A stretch of DNA of 64,000 bases from Laetmonice hystrix (Eukaryota). The stretch covers positions 248,001 to 312,000 of the forward strand of contig OZ249451.1 in NCBI GenBank assembly GCA_965235115.1, written 5' to 3'. Position numbers and translations under genes: made by a program. This document shows, one piece after another, positions 1-11,394 of the stretch. Within the stretch, counting starts at the first letter, position 1. Every line of letters starts with the position of its first letter. Below the pieces are notes generated by a model, which did no database searches, was not told where the DNA came from, and worked only from the letters and a program-made list of their open reading frames with translations.

Positions 1-341
1 ACAAACAAAAGGTTATAGGTATAAAACGTCATAAGTAGGTAAAACAGTAGGAAGATAAAAATAAACAAAAGGTTATAGATATAAAACGTCATGAGTAGGT
101 AAAACAGTAGGAAGATAAAAAAAACAACAAAAGGTTATAGATATAAAACGTCATGAGTAGGCAAAACAGTAGGAAGATAAAAACAAACAAAAAGTCATAG
201 ATATAAAACGTCATAAGTAGGTAAAACAGTAGGAATATAAAAACAAACAAAAGGTTATAGATATAAAACGTCATGAGTAGGTAAAACAGTAGGAAGATAA
301 AAAATAAACAAAAGGTTATAGATATAAAACGTCATGAGTAG
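1..341. repeat. AT-rich minisatellite, ~60-bp unit, ~5.7 copies, truncated by window start
   Basis: Repeated AAACAAAAGGTTATAGATATAAAACGTCATGAGTAGGTAAAACAGTAGGAAGATAAAA. Confidence 0.95.
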
Positions 342-429
342 GGAAAACGTCATCAACATCATAATTATTTAAAACAATGGGAAGGAACGGGTTTACGAGG
401 AAACCCTAAGAGGCCATGATTCAATGAGT

Positions 430-574
430 GACTATATGGTTCAGTAGTTGGAGAATTAGTGACTATGTAGGTCAGTAATTTGAGAATTATCGACTATATA
501 GGTCAGTATTTTACGAATAAGTACCTATGTAGGTCAGTAGTTGGAGAATAAGTGGCTATGTAGGTCAGAAGTTT
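430..574. repeat. Degenerate 31-bp minisatellite, ~4.5 copies
   Basis: GACTATGTAGGTCAGTAGTTGGAGAATTAGT-like units with many substitutions. Confidence 0.85.
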
Positions 575-886
575 GAGCGGTGCCTCACTCATAACCATTT
601 CCTCCATTCTTGACTCCGGAAGCTACGGTTGACAAAATGATCTCAGTAATAGAACCAGATAAAGATTGTGAAACTCGCGGTGTTTTGTAAAGTTTGGACT
701 GAGAGAAAGCCGCTTCGATTCAATTAGTGTGTCAATGGGAATCAGTAAGTAGATAAGTAGGAGACCGAGTTGAGAGAAGGATGCTGGCCAGGAAGCCTGG
801 AAGACAAGGCGCGGTGTGTTGGGGGAGGAGGGAGGGGGGCAACCACCTGGGTGGGGTTGGCAGGGTGGAGACTTTGATGTCCAAGC

Positions 887-957
887 GAGGGGTGGCTTGT
901 AAACCCTCACACCTCGGCCAGGAGGGGTGGCTTGTAAACCCTCACACCTCGGCCAGG
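887..957. repeat. 35-bp two-copy tandem duplication containing TCACACCT (T-box-like) in each copy
   Basis: GAGGGGTGGCTTGTAAACCCTCACACCTCGGCCAG at 887 and 922. Confidence 0.9.
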
Positions 958-1592
958 AAGTGACCAATTACAGTGGTGTGAGACAATCAGAGTGAGCGGG
1001 GATTAGTGGGGGTGGCTGACTGAGTGCTGGACCCACACCGGTCCGTAACCCTGGCTGAGATAAGCCGGTCACCACGCCAACCCTCTGACTGACCAACTGT
1101 AGCAGGAGACCACCTGGGCTACCGACCCCTTACCACAACCCCCTGCGTCAGGTCACTTCCACTCACCTGGAGGACTGTCCCAGTCAGCAGTCTGACACCA
1201 CCAGTACGACAACCAGCCACCGGCATCCCGACACCATCCTCAACCGTGGTCTCACCTGGACTTACCTACCAACTTCTGGATCTATACCTTCCCCTGCCCA
1301 GCCCGGCAATCTGCTGACATAGGGACGGTCACCATCACCGTGGACAGTACCAGGGTAGTACCCAGAAACTAACCGCCCGCCCTAACTCAGGAGGTACCAT
1401 TACGGACTACGAGCACGCACACAGCACGCACGCCATCACTCACACACACACACGTGTGCACCCAGAACCACGTGTGTATCGGCGCCTTTATCCAAGAATT
1501 GTTAACTCAAAGCGTGGTAATCATCGTCCTCATAAACATTGCCCTTGGAATATCGTCAAGAGAACGTTAGAGAGACTTGGTGTAGCCATCAG

Positions 1593-1793
1593 GTGTGAGT
1601 GTGTGGGACCGTCTCAAGCCGCCGAGATCACCCCGGGGGTGTCCCCCACCCACCCGGCCCCCCGGCAGTACCCCCACCCTGAGTGACTGGGCGGACAGCG
1701 ACATCATGAGTCTCAACTATGGCGACGTGTTTCACGAGTTGAGGTGTATGGTGGAGGCTCTCAGCGTCCATATGTGGAGCACTGGGATACCAG
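1593..1793 (+). CDS. Candidate coding exon A of an unidentified multi-exon gene (VSVWDRLKPP...DIMSLNYGDVFHELRCMVEALSVHMWSTGIP)
   Basis: Open frame rich in C/G-ending codons, ending at strong donor CAG|GTAAGA (phase 1). The 5' acceptor is weak and uncertain. Confidence 0.45.
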
Positions 1794-1966
1794 GTAAGAT
1801 TAACTCAGGGAGGGGGACTCTGGGGGGTACTACCCCTGGGAACCCACCCCTGGGTCACTCCCAATCAAAGAGGATAGGTCTAATAAAGTCGGAGCCGTTC
1901 TAATCAAGGATGTGGGACTCGGGGCGCTGACTCCTCCAACTGGTGATAATTATGTATCTCTAATAT

Positions 1967-2071
1967 GATGTTCGCTGTTGTTGGAGGTTTTATCGTTAAT
2001 AGAAGGATGTTCGCTGTTGTTGCAGGTTTTATCGTTAATAGAAGGATGTTCGCTGTTGTTGAAGGTTTTAT
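1967..2071. repeat. 39-bp tandem repeat, ~2.7 copies
   Basis: GATGTTCGCTGTTGTTGGAGGTTTTATCGTTAATAGAAG at 1967, 2006, 2045. Confidence 0.9.
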
Positions 2072-2890
2072 AGGCATCGTTAAGCTTATATCCTCCACCT
2101 TTCGTTGGGTTCGTTGGGGATTAAAAAAACATGCCAATAGGTGAGGGCGGTTGCAGCAAATTTAAAGTCGAACGGATTTGATGTTATCTTTTATTTTAGG
2201 CAGGTAACTTTCAGAAGGGGTCGTCCACCCCGACTGGCAGGTGGCACCGTACCACCTCACCTTGAAACAGAGCAACTGTCGGAGAAGGCAACATATTCTA
2301 ACAAAATCAATCTAAATTGTGAAAAATCATTATTGTAAATAAATAACGACTGCATCTCAAAGTAGTTAAACCTGGGGCACGCAGGTGAGACCTAAATAAT
2401 TCCAGTACGGTGAAGTATCCTCCATATCACCGATCGAACATTCCAGTAGTCAATAATCTGGCATTGTGACACACAACTGTCTGCTCACCTGGCTGGGTTG
2501 TCAACGTGTAATAATTGCCACGTGGACAGATCTATGACGGGCACCTGCTGCCGTGTGTAGAGTTTACCTGCCCTAGCATACGTATGTCAGGTTAACCTTC
2601 AATTCTCATACAGAAAATCAATGGTCAGGTTGGTCAGGTGTCAGTGTATTGTTTGAGTTACCTTGCCAGTCGTAACGGTATCTGTGTTCAATAAGCTGGT
2701 CAGCTGTTACCTGTAGACTTATAGCCAACTTCCCGTTCTACACTTGTACTCACCCCATATAAAGTCATCTTCTGCAGTCGAATCAAGCTTTTAATGGAAG
2801 GATTTAAAGATAAGTTTGCGTGTCCTCTCATAAACAATATTTTGAGGGCGTTTACGGTTGGTGGAGGAAAACGGAGTAGGTCTAACCGGT

Positions 2891-3066
2891 GAAATCCACA
2901 GACCCAAGGCATATATCACAAACTGCCTCAGAAAGAAGATGCACAGACCTCACAAACTGCCTCATGAAGGAAATCCACAGACCTCACAAACTGCCTCATA
3001 AAGGAAATCCACAGACCTCACAAATTGCCTCAGAAAGAAGATGCACATACCTCACAAACTGCCTCA
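2891..3066. repeat. Degenerate ~34-bp minisatellite, ~5 copies
   Basis: CACAGACCTCACAAACTGCCTCA core repeated. Confidence 0.85.
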
Positions 3067-3258
3067 TTAAGGTCCCAAGGAAGGGAGTCTGGGTTACTGA
3101 AATTCTCTTGATGAAATTCTCCGATGAAGTACGGCATTAAAATTTGTTATTTACCCGGTATTTGTTGTCTTTGTACATAATTCGATGTAGGGGTGTAAAC
3201 TATGTTCATCTCCTTGTGGACATAGTGTAGGTGAAGGCGTGATTGGCGGCATCTGTCC

Positions 3259-4072
3259 TCTGTACGGAGCCAGCCCTCTAACAGGCGCATCTTACTGGGA
3301 GAACCTCCAGTACCTGCCGTCACGGCCGTATCTCTGTACGGAGCCAGCCCTCTAACAGGCCCACCTTACTGGGAGAACCTCCAGTACCTGCCGTCACGGC
3401 CGTATCTCTGTACGGAGCCAGCCCTCTAACAGGCCCAGCTTACTGGGAGAACCTCCAGTACCTGCCGTCACGGCCGTATCTCTGTACGGAGCCAGCCCTC
3501 TAGCAGGCCCAGCTTACTGGGAGAACCTCCAGTACCTGCCGTCACGGCCGTATCTCTGTACGGAGCCAGCCCTCTAACAGGCCCACCTTACTGGGAGAAC
3601 CTCCAGTACCTGCCGTCACGGCCGTATCTCTGTACGGAGCCAGCCCTCTAACAGGCCCACCTCACTGGGAGAACCTCCAGTACCTGCCGTCACGGCCGTA
3701 TCTCTGTACGGAGCCAGCCCTCTAACAGGCCCAGCTTACTGGGAGAACCTCCAGTACCTGCCGTCACGGCCGTATCTCTGTACGAAGCCAGCCCTCTAAC
3801 AGGCCCATCTTACTGGGAGAACCTCCAGTGCCTGCCGTCACGGCCGTATCTCTGTACGGAGCCAGCCCTCTAACAGGCCCAGCTTACTGGGAGAACCTCC
3901 AGTACCTGCCGTCACGGCCGTATCTCTGTACGAAGCCAGCCCTCTAACAGGCCCAGCTTACTGGGAGAACTTCCAGTACCTGCCGTCACGGCCGTATCTC
4001 TGTACGGAGCCAGCCCTCTAACAGGCCCAGCTTACTGGGAGAACCTCCAGTACCTGCAGTCACGGCCGTATC
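3259..4072. repeat. 74-bp minisatellite, 11 copies
   Basis: TCTGTACGGAGCCAGCCCTCTAACAGGCCCAGCTTACTGGGAGAACCTCCAGTACCTGCCGTCACGGCCGTATC; internal TACTGG/CCAGTA inverted repeat. Confidence 0.98.
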
Positions 4073-4840
4073 TGCACCTTTACGTCTCGTACCCTAAAAC
4101 AAAGTACATTCTGTGAGGATGGGGGGGGGGGGTGAGGAGTACGTGGGAGTGGGAGGAGTTGATGGGTACGCAGAACGTGTCTTTGTCTTTGATGCAGCGT
4201 CTCTTGTGTTTGTGTGCGCATGCGTGGTGATGTGGTCACCATGGCAATGATGTCTGTTGATGTGTCAGTGTGTGTTAGAGCCAGATTGAGTTGTCTGTCG
4301 GCAACACGCAAGGTATGGGGGTTTGTGTGTGAGCGAGGCTGACCCCAGCGCTACCTGGGCCCTGCAATCCAAGTCACCGCTGCCGACGGTAACCACTTCA
4401 AGGAAAAACCCCCGGGGGTAGTCTTTCCGCGCGGCTACCTCTCTACGTACCCGTTACAACGGCCGGCCTGCAGCGCCACCCAGCGACACCGACATCAAAC
4501 CGCACGTCTCGAACGGAGAGAGAGAAACATAATTATCGGCACACGTCATGGATCTCACTGCTGTTTGGACACGGTGAAAAGGTTCACCGATACCGGCATT
4601 GAACTCGGGCTATTAACGGCTCGATGTTCTCTGAACCTGTACCGGGTAGCGGAGGGAGTTAGGTATCAGTTCTGAGGATGGGCTCAAAGTTACAGCCAAG
4701 ATCTACCGTCCCCACAGCATGAAGATATCACCTTCAGGGTCGATAATATAATATGATGTAGAAATGTCAGTATTACCAAGTGAAGCGACACGCCCCTCGC
4801 CCACCTCTGTAGGAGCCAGGCCGACCAAGGTGTTTGTAGG

Positions 4841-5790
4841 TTGTCCAAGACGTAGGTAGATCAGTTTCTAGGACGGTTGAGTTTATGGTGACCAAGACGT
4901 AGGTAGATCAGTTTCTAGGACGGTTGAGTTTATGGTGTCCAAGACGTAGGTAGATCAGTTTCTAGGACGGTTGAGTTTATGGTGACCAAGACGTAGGTAG
5001 ATCAGTTTCTAGGACGGTTGAGTTTATGGTGTGTCCAAGACGTAGGTAGATCAGTTTCTAGGACGGCTGAGTTTATGGTGTCCAAGACGTAGGTAGATCA
5101 GTTTCTAGGACGGTTGAGTTTATGGTGTCCAAGACGTAGGTAGATCAGTTTCTAGGACGGCTGAGTTTATGGTGTCCAAGACGTAGGTAGATCAGTTTCT
5201 AGGACGGTTGAGTTTATGGTGTCCAAGACGTAGGTAGATCAGTTTCTAGGACGGTTGAGTTTATGGTGTCCAAGACGTAGGTAGATCAGTTTCTAGGACG
5301 GTTGAGTTTATGGTGTCCAAGACGTAGGTAGATCAGTTTCTAGGACGGTTGAGTTTATGGTGTGTCCAAGACGTAGGTAGATCAGTTTCTAGGACGGTTG
5401 AGTTTATGGTGTCCAAGACGTAGGTAGATCAGTTTCTAGGACGGCTGAGTTTATGGTGTCCAAGACGTAGGTAGATCAGTTTCTAGGACGGCTGAGTTTA
5501 TGGTGTGTCCAAGACGTAGGTAGATCAGTTTCTAGGACGGCTAAGTTTATGGTGTCCAAGACGTAGGTAGATCAGTTTCTAGGACGGCTGAGTTTATGGT
5601 GTCCAAGACGTAGGTAGATCAGTTTCTAGGACGGTTGAGTTTATGGTGTCCAAGACGTAGGTAGATCAGTTTCTAGGACGGTTGAGTTTATGGTGTCCAA
5701 GACGTAGGTAGATCAGTTTTTAGGACGGTTGAGTTTATGGTGTCCAAGACGTAGGTAGATCAGTTTCTAGCACGGCTGAGTTTATGGTGT
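4841..5790. repeat. 47-bp minisatellite, ~20 copies
   Basis: CCAAGACGTAGGTAGATCAGTTTCTAGGACGGTTGAGTTTATGGTGT, with occasional +2 bp variants. Confidence 0.98.
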
Positions 5791-6079
5791 CTATATTACC
5801 GAGGTAACGGCACGGTTTGCTGCCAGCCTGATGTACTCCAGGTCCGTGAGAATGTGTCTATTATTGCGTGAGAGTTGTGCCCATAGAATGCAGTGAGAGA
5901 GAGGATGCTTGGTGCAGGTTTTTGTTCCCGAGTGAGAGGTAAAAAGGTCTGTAATATCGCCCGGAGTGTGGTGTGGGGGTGTTTGTCTAATTGGACCGGG
6001 TCCTCAGATCTTAGCGTGAGGTGGTGATGAGGGTGAGGCCGCTGGGGGTCCGTCAGGTGTGGGACGCTGGATTCACTGT

Positions 6080-6285
6080 TGACGTAACGTAGGCAGTGAC
6101 ACGTGGGCCCTGCGTGACGTCACGTCACGACGCCGCGTCCCCAGTCAGGTAATGGTGGCGGTGGGCCCGGGGCGGTGTAAGGACGGACGTACAGACAGAC
6201 GTGTCACCATGGAGACAGAGTAATGGAGGGGACGACACGACAACACCGTCAGCAACCATCGTGCCGGTAGATGGCGCGCGAAAAG
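6080..6285. promoter_or_regulatory. CpG-rich promoter/enhancer-like motif cluster
   Basis: CACGTG E-box 6100-6105, TGACGTCA CRE 6115-6122, X-box-like GTCACCATGGAGAC 6203-6216, CTCF-like CCGGTAGATGGCGC 6264-6277, E2F-like GCGCGAAA 6276-6283. Confidence 0.45.
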
Positions 6286-6474
6286 TAAAACTTGGAGCAT
6301 TGTGCAACTAGGGAAACAAAAAAGGTCTCATTTTATCTTTTGGTGTTCCAGGAAAAGTTAAATCGGATAGTTGCAATTTAGCATCAGTGTTTCATATAGA
6401 ACTCTTCAAGTGGCCCTTAGCAAAAAGCAAACACTTCACATATTAATTTTCCTGGCTAACAAATAATACTGCAG

Positions 6475-6551
6475 GCACAAGCTGGTATGATGTGTTGAGG
6501 TGGAGAGTCGACCGGCTACAGACGGCTGATCCTAATGACAGTGTATATCAG
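6475..6551 (+). CDS. Candidate coding exon B (TSWYDVLRWRVDRLQTADPNDSVYQ)
   Basis: CTAAC branch-like motif and TACTGCAG| acceptor, CAG|GTAAAA donor. Only one frame is open (phase 1 to 0), matching exon A. Confidence 0.45.
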
Positions 6552-7282
6552 GTAAAATGAAGGATCGATGGCAGCGAGGGAACAAGTGGGATTGATTGGA
6601 GGTACACGCTCGGAAAGAATGAGTCATTTTGAGTTTTTAATTACCTACATCGTAATATAATTTCCAGTGAGGCAACGTTTGTCCCGTAGATAAGTGGCAG
6701 CCGCATCACCAAGCAATAGCTTTACATCCCTTTAATCTAAGATGTGACTTGTTTGAATGGATCATAAATGAGTAAGTTATTTCAACATGAATGTGACCAT
6801 GAGTTAGTCTATATCTCCTCACCTGGGGCCTGACTTGAGATAACAAGACAAGCCTCCACTGGCGGGATGACGCCTAAAGTAAATTTAAGGGACTTGAGCC
6901 ATTCACGTCCACAAAGCATAAGGCAATTCCTTTGGGGACAATATTTGAATTTAATTAAGTGTGAATACGTTAATTACAAACGTGCTAATTAAGAGGCTGG
7001 ATTGAGATGGCAAACCAAATCAGCATATCACTTTCAGGGATGGTTGCCATAGACACAGCGTTGTCGCCCCCTCCTCCTTTGTTCAGTGCATGCCGTGTCC
7101 GTAGATAATCAATAGGAGGAAATCGGAACCTTTGTGGCGAGCCTCTACTCCCGCGCTTCTCGCTGCTTACAAAAGGCCCCACTTGACCTGCGGCTCACCT
7201 GTAATTGACAACACCTGAGCCTAATGATGAGCCACCTGGACATCAAAGGATCCACCTGTGGGAGACTCCCACGCGTCCCCAG

Positions 7283-7413
7283 GATCCTCCTACCTGCCCG
7301 CCACTACCCGGCGTCCACCCCCAGCCCGGGGCATACCAATGGTCGTGTGACGTCACGGCACAGCTTGGCAGACGTTACCCCCTTGTCCTTGGTTTGGGGG
7401 ATCATGGAAGGCG
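7283..7413 (+). CDS. Candidate coding exon C (DPPTCPPLPGVHPQPGAYQWSCDVTAQLGRRYPLVLGLGDHGR)
   Basis: CGTCCCCAG| acceptor, GCG|GTAAGA donor; phase 0 to 2. An alternative open frame also exists. Confidence 0.4.
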
Positions 7414-7555
7414 GTAAGATGCCTGCATACAAATACTGTGGCAGGTGTTGTAGAGTGGGCTCAGTGTTGTAGAGTTCCTAATTGTCTACATCGAGTCCTC
7501 ATCACCTGATCCCCCCGATCTCAGTCCAGCATAAAGTACCTTAACAACTGAGTCG

Positions 7556-8188
7556 GCCAGGGTATGTGACCTGGAGCTCTGTGGACCCAGGGTATGTGAC
7601 CTGGAGCTCTGTGGGCCGAGTGGACCCAGGGTATGTGACCTGGAGCTCTGTGGGCCCAGGGTATGTGACCTGGAGCTCTGTGGACCCAGGGTATGTGACC
7701 TGGAGCTCTGTGGACCCAGGGTATGTGACCTGGAGCTCTGTGGACCGAGTGGGCCCAGGGTATGTGACCTAGAGCTCTGTGGACCCAGGGTATGTGACCT
7801 GGAGCTCTGTGGGCCGAGTGGGCCCAGGGTATGTGACCTGGAGCTCTGTGGGCCGAGTGGGCCCAGGGTATGTGACCTGGAGCTCTGTGGGCCCAGGGTA
7901 TGTGACCTAGAGCTCTGTGGGCCCAGGGTATGTGACCTGGAGCTCTGTGGGCCGAGTGGGCCCAGGGTATGTGACCTGGAGCTCTGTGGGCCGAGTGGGC
8001 CCAGGGTATGTGACCTGGAGCTCTGTGGGCCCAGGGTATGTGACCTGGAGCTCTGTGGGCCCAGGGTATGTGACCTGGTGGGCCGAGTGGGCCCAGGGTA
8101 TGTGACCTGGTGGGCCGAGTGGGCCCAGGGTATGTGACCTGGTGGGCCGAGTGGACCCAGGGTATGTGACCTGGAGCTCTGTGGACCG
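7556..8188. repeat. Modular 30-bp minisatellite with ~10-bp insertion variants, ~19 units
   Basis: GGCCCAGGGTATGTGACCTGGAGCTCTGTG, with or without GGCCGAGTG. Confidence 0.97.
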
Positions 8189-8373
8189 AGGACAGCACCG
8201 TCCGTTTGACATCAGGTGGTATCGGTACTAACTTCAGGTGTCACTGTCGGGTACTAAAAGGCCCCAGAGACGCAACAATTATTTACCGGACCTCCTGCTA
8301 CAAGCCCCCACCCCCACCCCCACACAAACGCACACGGACGTAGGAGCCGAGTGCGTGAAGGGATGACTATCGA

Positions 8374-8386
8374 TGACCTTTGACCC
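8374..8386. promoter_or_regulatory. Nuclear receptor DR1-type element
   Basis: TGACCTTTGACCC matches the COUP-TF/HNF4/RXR DR1 consensus; single motif only. Confidence 0.3.
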
Positions 8387-8460
8387 AACCAATAGTATCG
8401 AGTCGGACGTCCGTTCGTGTACACCTGGTTGTAAAGGTTGTGTGACTTACGTTCTCCCAG

Positions 8461-8756
8461 CGCCAGCAGACAACAGGAGCCGGTGGTGGTGTGGGAAGCG
8501 AGGATTAGCCAGCAATCGGTCAATTACACGACATTACCACCAGGATTACCTGGCCGATTGCTGTGTTACGTGTCAGCCCCTCGCGTGCCGGGGACAGCGT
8601 GCAGTATGGCCTGGTCCCACGACGGCATGCCGCCCCTCTATACCTGCAATAACCCCCGGCTACCACTACCTGCGCTATTAGCCCGATTACACCAGTACCT
8701 GTCATCGACATTATATTTTCACCCAGTAATAAATTTCACCGGGTTAAGGAACCGAC
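8461..8756 (+). CDS. Candidate coding exon D (ASRQQEPVVVWEARISQQSVNY...LLARLHQYLSSTLYFHPVINFTGLRNR)
   Basis: TTCTCCCAG| acceptor, GAC|GTGAGT donor; 98 open codons, phase 2 to 1. Confidence 0.4.
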
Positions 8757-9058
8757 GTGAGTTTGGTGTGAAAGCACCCAGAATGCATTGCACCAGCACA
8801 CAGAGAGGGGTTTTGAATTTTTGTGTTTGTTTAATGGGTTCACCATTGTCGAGTTTGTCAAGGAAAACCACATTGGGCTTTGATGTTTAACTATCAGAAT
8901 ATTTCATGACAGCAGTGGATGGGGCAGCACGTGGCTGCGCTGGCCCATCACGCAACGTTTGATGTAAGCGAATAAAAAGGGTTTATCAATGCCACGGGGT
9001 ATTTAAGTATTTTACCTCCTGGGAACCGGGGCAGGATGGTGGGAAATGATATTTTTAG

Positions 9059-9141
9059 ATCAGAGCATCTCATTATTGGTGCGCTTTGTCACGAAGTGTG
9101 ACACTCAATGGCATGATGGATCTCAGAGAATAATGTATCAG
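9059..9141 (+). CDS. Candidate coding exon E (QSISLLVRFVTKCDTQWHDGSQRIMYQ)
   Basis: TATTTTTAG| acceptor, CAG|GTGAGA donor. Only the phase-1 frame is open, matching exon D. Confidence 0.45.
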
Positions 9142-9394
9142 GTGAGATGTGCCCGCACACAGCTCACCTTTTTCTCCACCATTCTCAGTCGAAATCCGTC
9201 TTGACAGCGGCCTTTCCCCGCCCGCACAACTTGTCTGTGCTTAAATCAACAATGGATGCAAACAGGAGGGGGCTTATATGCGTAACCTATGCGGCCCGAT
9301 ATTCTGGATTAGTAAGCCGACTGCATGAAGTCAGCTCGGATCGTTCTCAGTCTGTCAAACCTGATGTGACACAGTCAGGGTGAAGTGTAGGTCC

Positions 9395-10120
9395 CACCTA
9401 CCACACTCGGGACCTGCCACCACACTCAGGACCTGCTACCAAACCTGAGATCTTGTAGGTACAGTCAAGATCTCTGACCACACTCGGGACCTGCTACCAT
9501 ACCTGAGATCTTGTAGGTACAGTCAAGATCTCTGACCATACTCCGGACCTGCCACCACACTCGGGACCTGCTACCAAACCTGAGATCTTGTAGATACAGT
9601 CAAGATCTCAGACCATACCTGCCACCACACTCGGGACCTGCTACCAAACCTGAGATCTTGTAGGTACAGTCAAGATCTCTGACCACACTCGGGACCTGCT
9701 ACCATACCTGAGATCTTGTAGATACAGTCAAGATCTCAGACCATACCTGCCACCACACTCGGGACCTGCTACCAAACCTGAGATCTTGTAGGTACAGTCA
9801 AGATCTCTGACCATACCTGCCACCACACTCGGGACCTGCTACCGAACCTGAGATCTTGTAGGTACAGTCAAGATATCTGACCACACTCGGGACCTGCCAC
9901 CACACTCGGGACCTGCTACCAAACCTGGGATCTTGTAGGTACAGTCAAGATCTCAGACCATACCTGCCACCACACTCGGGACCTGCTACCAAACCTGAGA
10001 TCTTGTAGGTACAGTCAAGATCTCTGACCACACTCGGGACCTGCCACCACACTCGGGACCTGCTACCATACCTGAGATCTTGTAGATACAGTCAAGATCT
10101 CAGACCATACTCCGGACCTG
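9395..10120. repeat. Composite ~57-80-bp minisatellite with 10 copies of a hairpin motif
   Basis: (C)TGAGATCTTG-N10-CAAGATCTC(A/T)G, interleaved with GCCACCACACTCGGGACCT modules. Confidence 0.96.
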
Positions 10121-10500
10121 CAACAATAAAACACAATACCCTTTTCAGATTTGTCGTACACATACAAGCGGGGGGGGGGACTCTAACACTCCAACCATAT
10201 TTCCGCCGCCCCCACCTCCGCTCCAGCCCTCACCTTGCCAGGGCACCCAGGGAAGGCGGTCACGTGTCGGGCCGACATCCGTGCCCCCAGCGTTCCCGTA
10301 GTGGTGACGACCGGCGGTCAGACACCTGTGTGTGGGCGGACACCTTCCCATGGTGGCCGACGTCCGGGCGTACGGACAGCCGACCACGGCACACGGTACG
10401 TTATCAATGATCAACCGTCAAGTCAGCCCAGCCTGCCCCACCCCACCCCACCCCACCCCCACCATCCAAACACCCCTACCTCACACTGTCCGAGTCACAG

Positions 10501-10545
10501 CACACCGGGTCCTTGGTGGGCGTCACCTGGGAAACCAAATATTAA
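10501..10545 (+). CDS. Candidate terminal coding exon F (HTGSLVGVTWETKY*)
   Basis: GTCACAG| acceptor, phase 0, TAA stop. No nearby downstream AATAAA seen. Confidence 0.25.
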   Translation, partial: HTGSLVGVTWETKY

Positions 10546-10652
10546 AGGGTCTGGATGAGACCATTTCACTTTTCTACGTCAGAACTTTTCTACGTCAGAA
10601 ATAGACTTTTGGTGAGGTGTATAGTAGCCAAAGCCAAGGATATCAAAAACAT

Positions 10653-11394
10653 GCAGTGAGGGGGACGTACACCAGCACTGTCAGCAGTGAGGGACAGCGA
10701 TGGACAGGGACGTACACCAACACTGTCAGCAGTGAGGGGGACGTACACCAGCACTGTCAGCAGTGAGGGGGACGTACAACAGCACTGTCAGCAGTGAGGG
10801 GGACGTACACCAGCACTGTCAGCAGTGAGGGGGACGTACACCAGCACTGTCAGCAGTGAGGGGGACATACACCAGCACTGTCAGCAGTGAGGGGGACGTA
10901 CAACAGCACTGTCAGTAGTGAGGGGGACATACACCAGCACTGTCAGCAGTGAGGGGGACGTACACCAACACTGTCAGCATTGAGGGGGACGTACACCAGT
11001 ACTGTCAGCAGTGAGGGACAGCGATGGACAGGGACGTACACCAACACTGTCAGCAGTGAGGGGGACGTACACCAACACTGTCAGCATTGAGGGGGACGTA
11101 CACCAGCACTGTCAGTAGTGAGGGGGACATACACCAGCACTGTCAGCAGTGAGGGGGACGTACACCAACACTGTCAGCATTGAGGGGGACGTACACCAGT
11201 ACTGTCAGCAGTGAGGGACAGCGATGGACAGGGACGTACACCAACACTGTCAGCAGTGAGGGGGACGTACACCAGCACTGTCAGCAGTGAGGGGGACATA
11301 CACCAGCACTGTCAGCAGTGAGGGGGACGTACACCAACACTGTCAGCATTGAGGGGGACGTACACCAGTACTGTCAGCAGTGAGGGACAGCGAT
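10653..11394. repeat. 31-bp minisatellite with 45-bp variants, ~22 units
   Basis: CAGTGAGGGGGACGTACACCAGCACTGTCAG; 200-bp block duplication inside. Confidence 0.97.

Noticed and set aside
7340-8580. Faint resemblance of YPLVLGL and LPPGLP in the candidate gene to C5orf34-like proteins
   Set aside because: Only a few residues match from memory and the spacing is inconsistent, so I do not name the gene.
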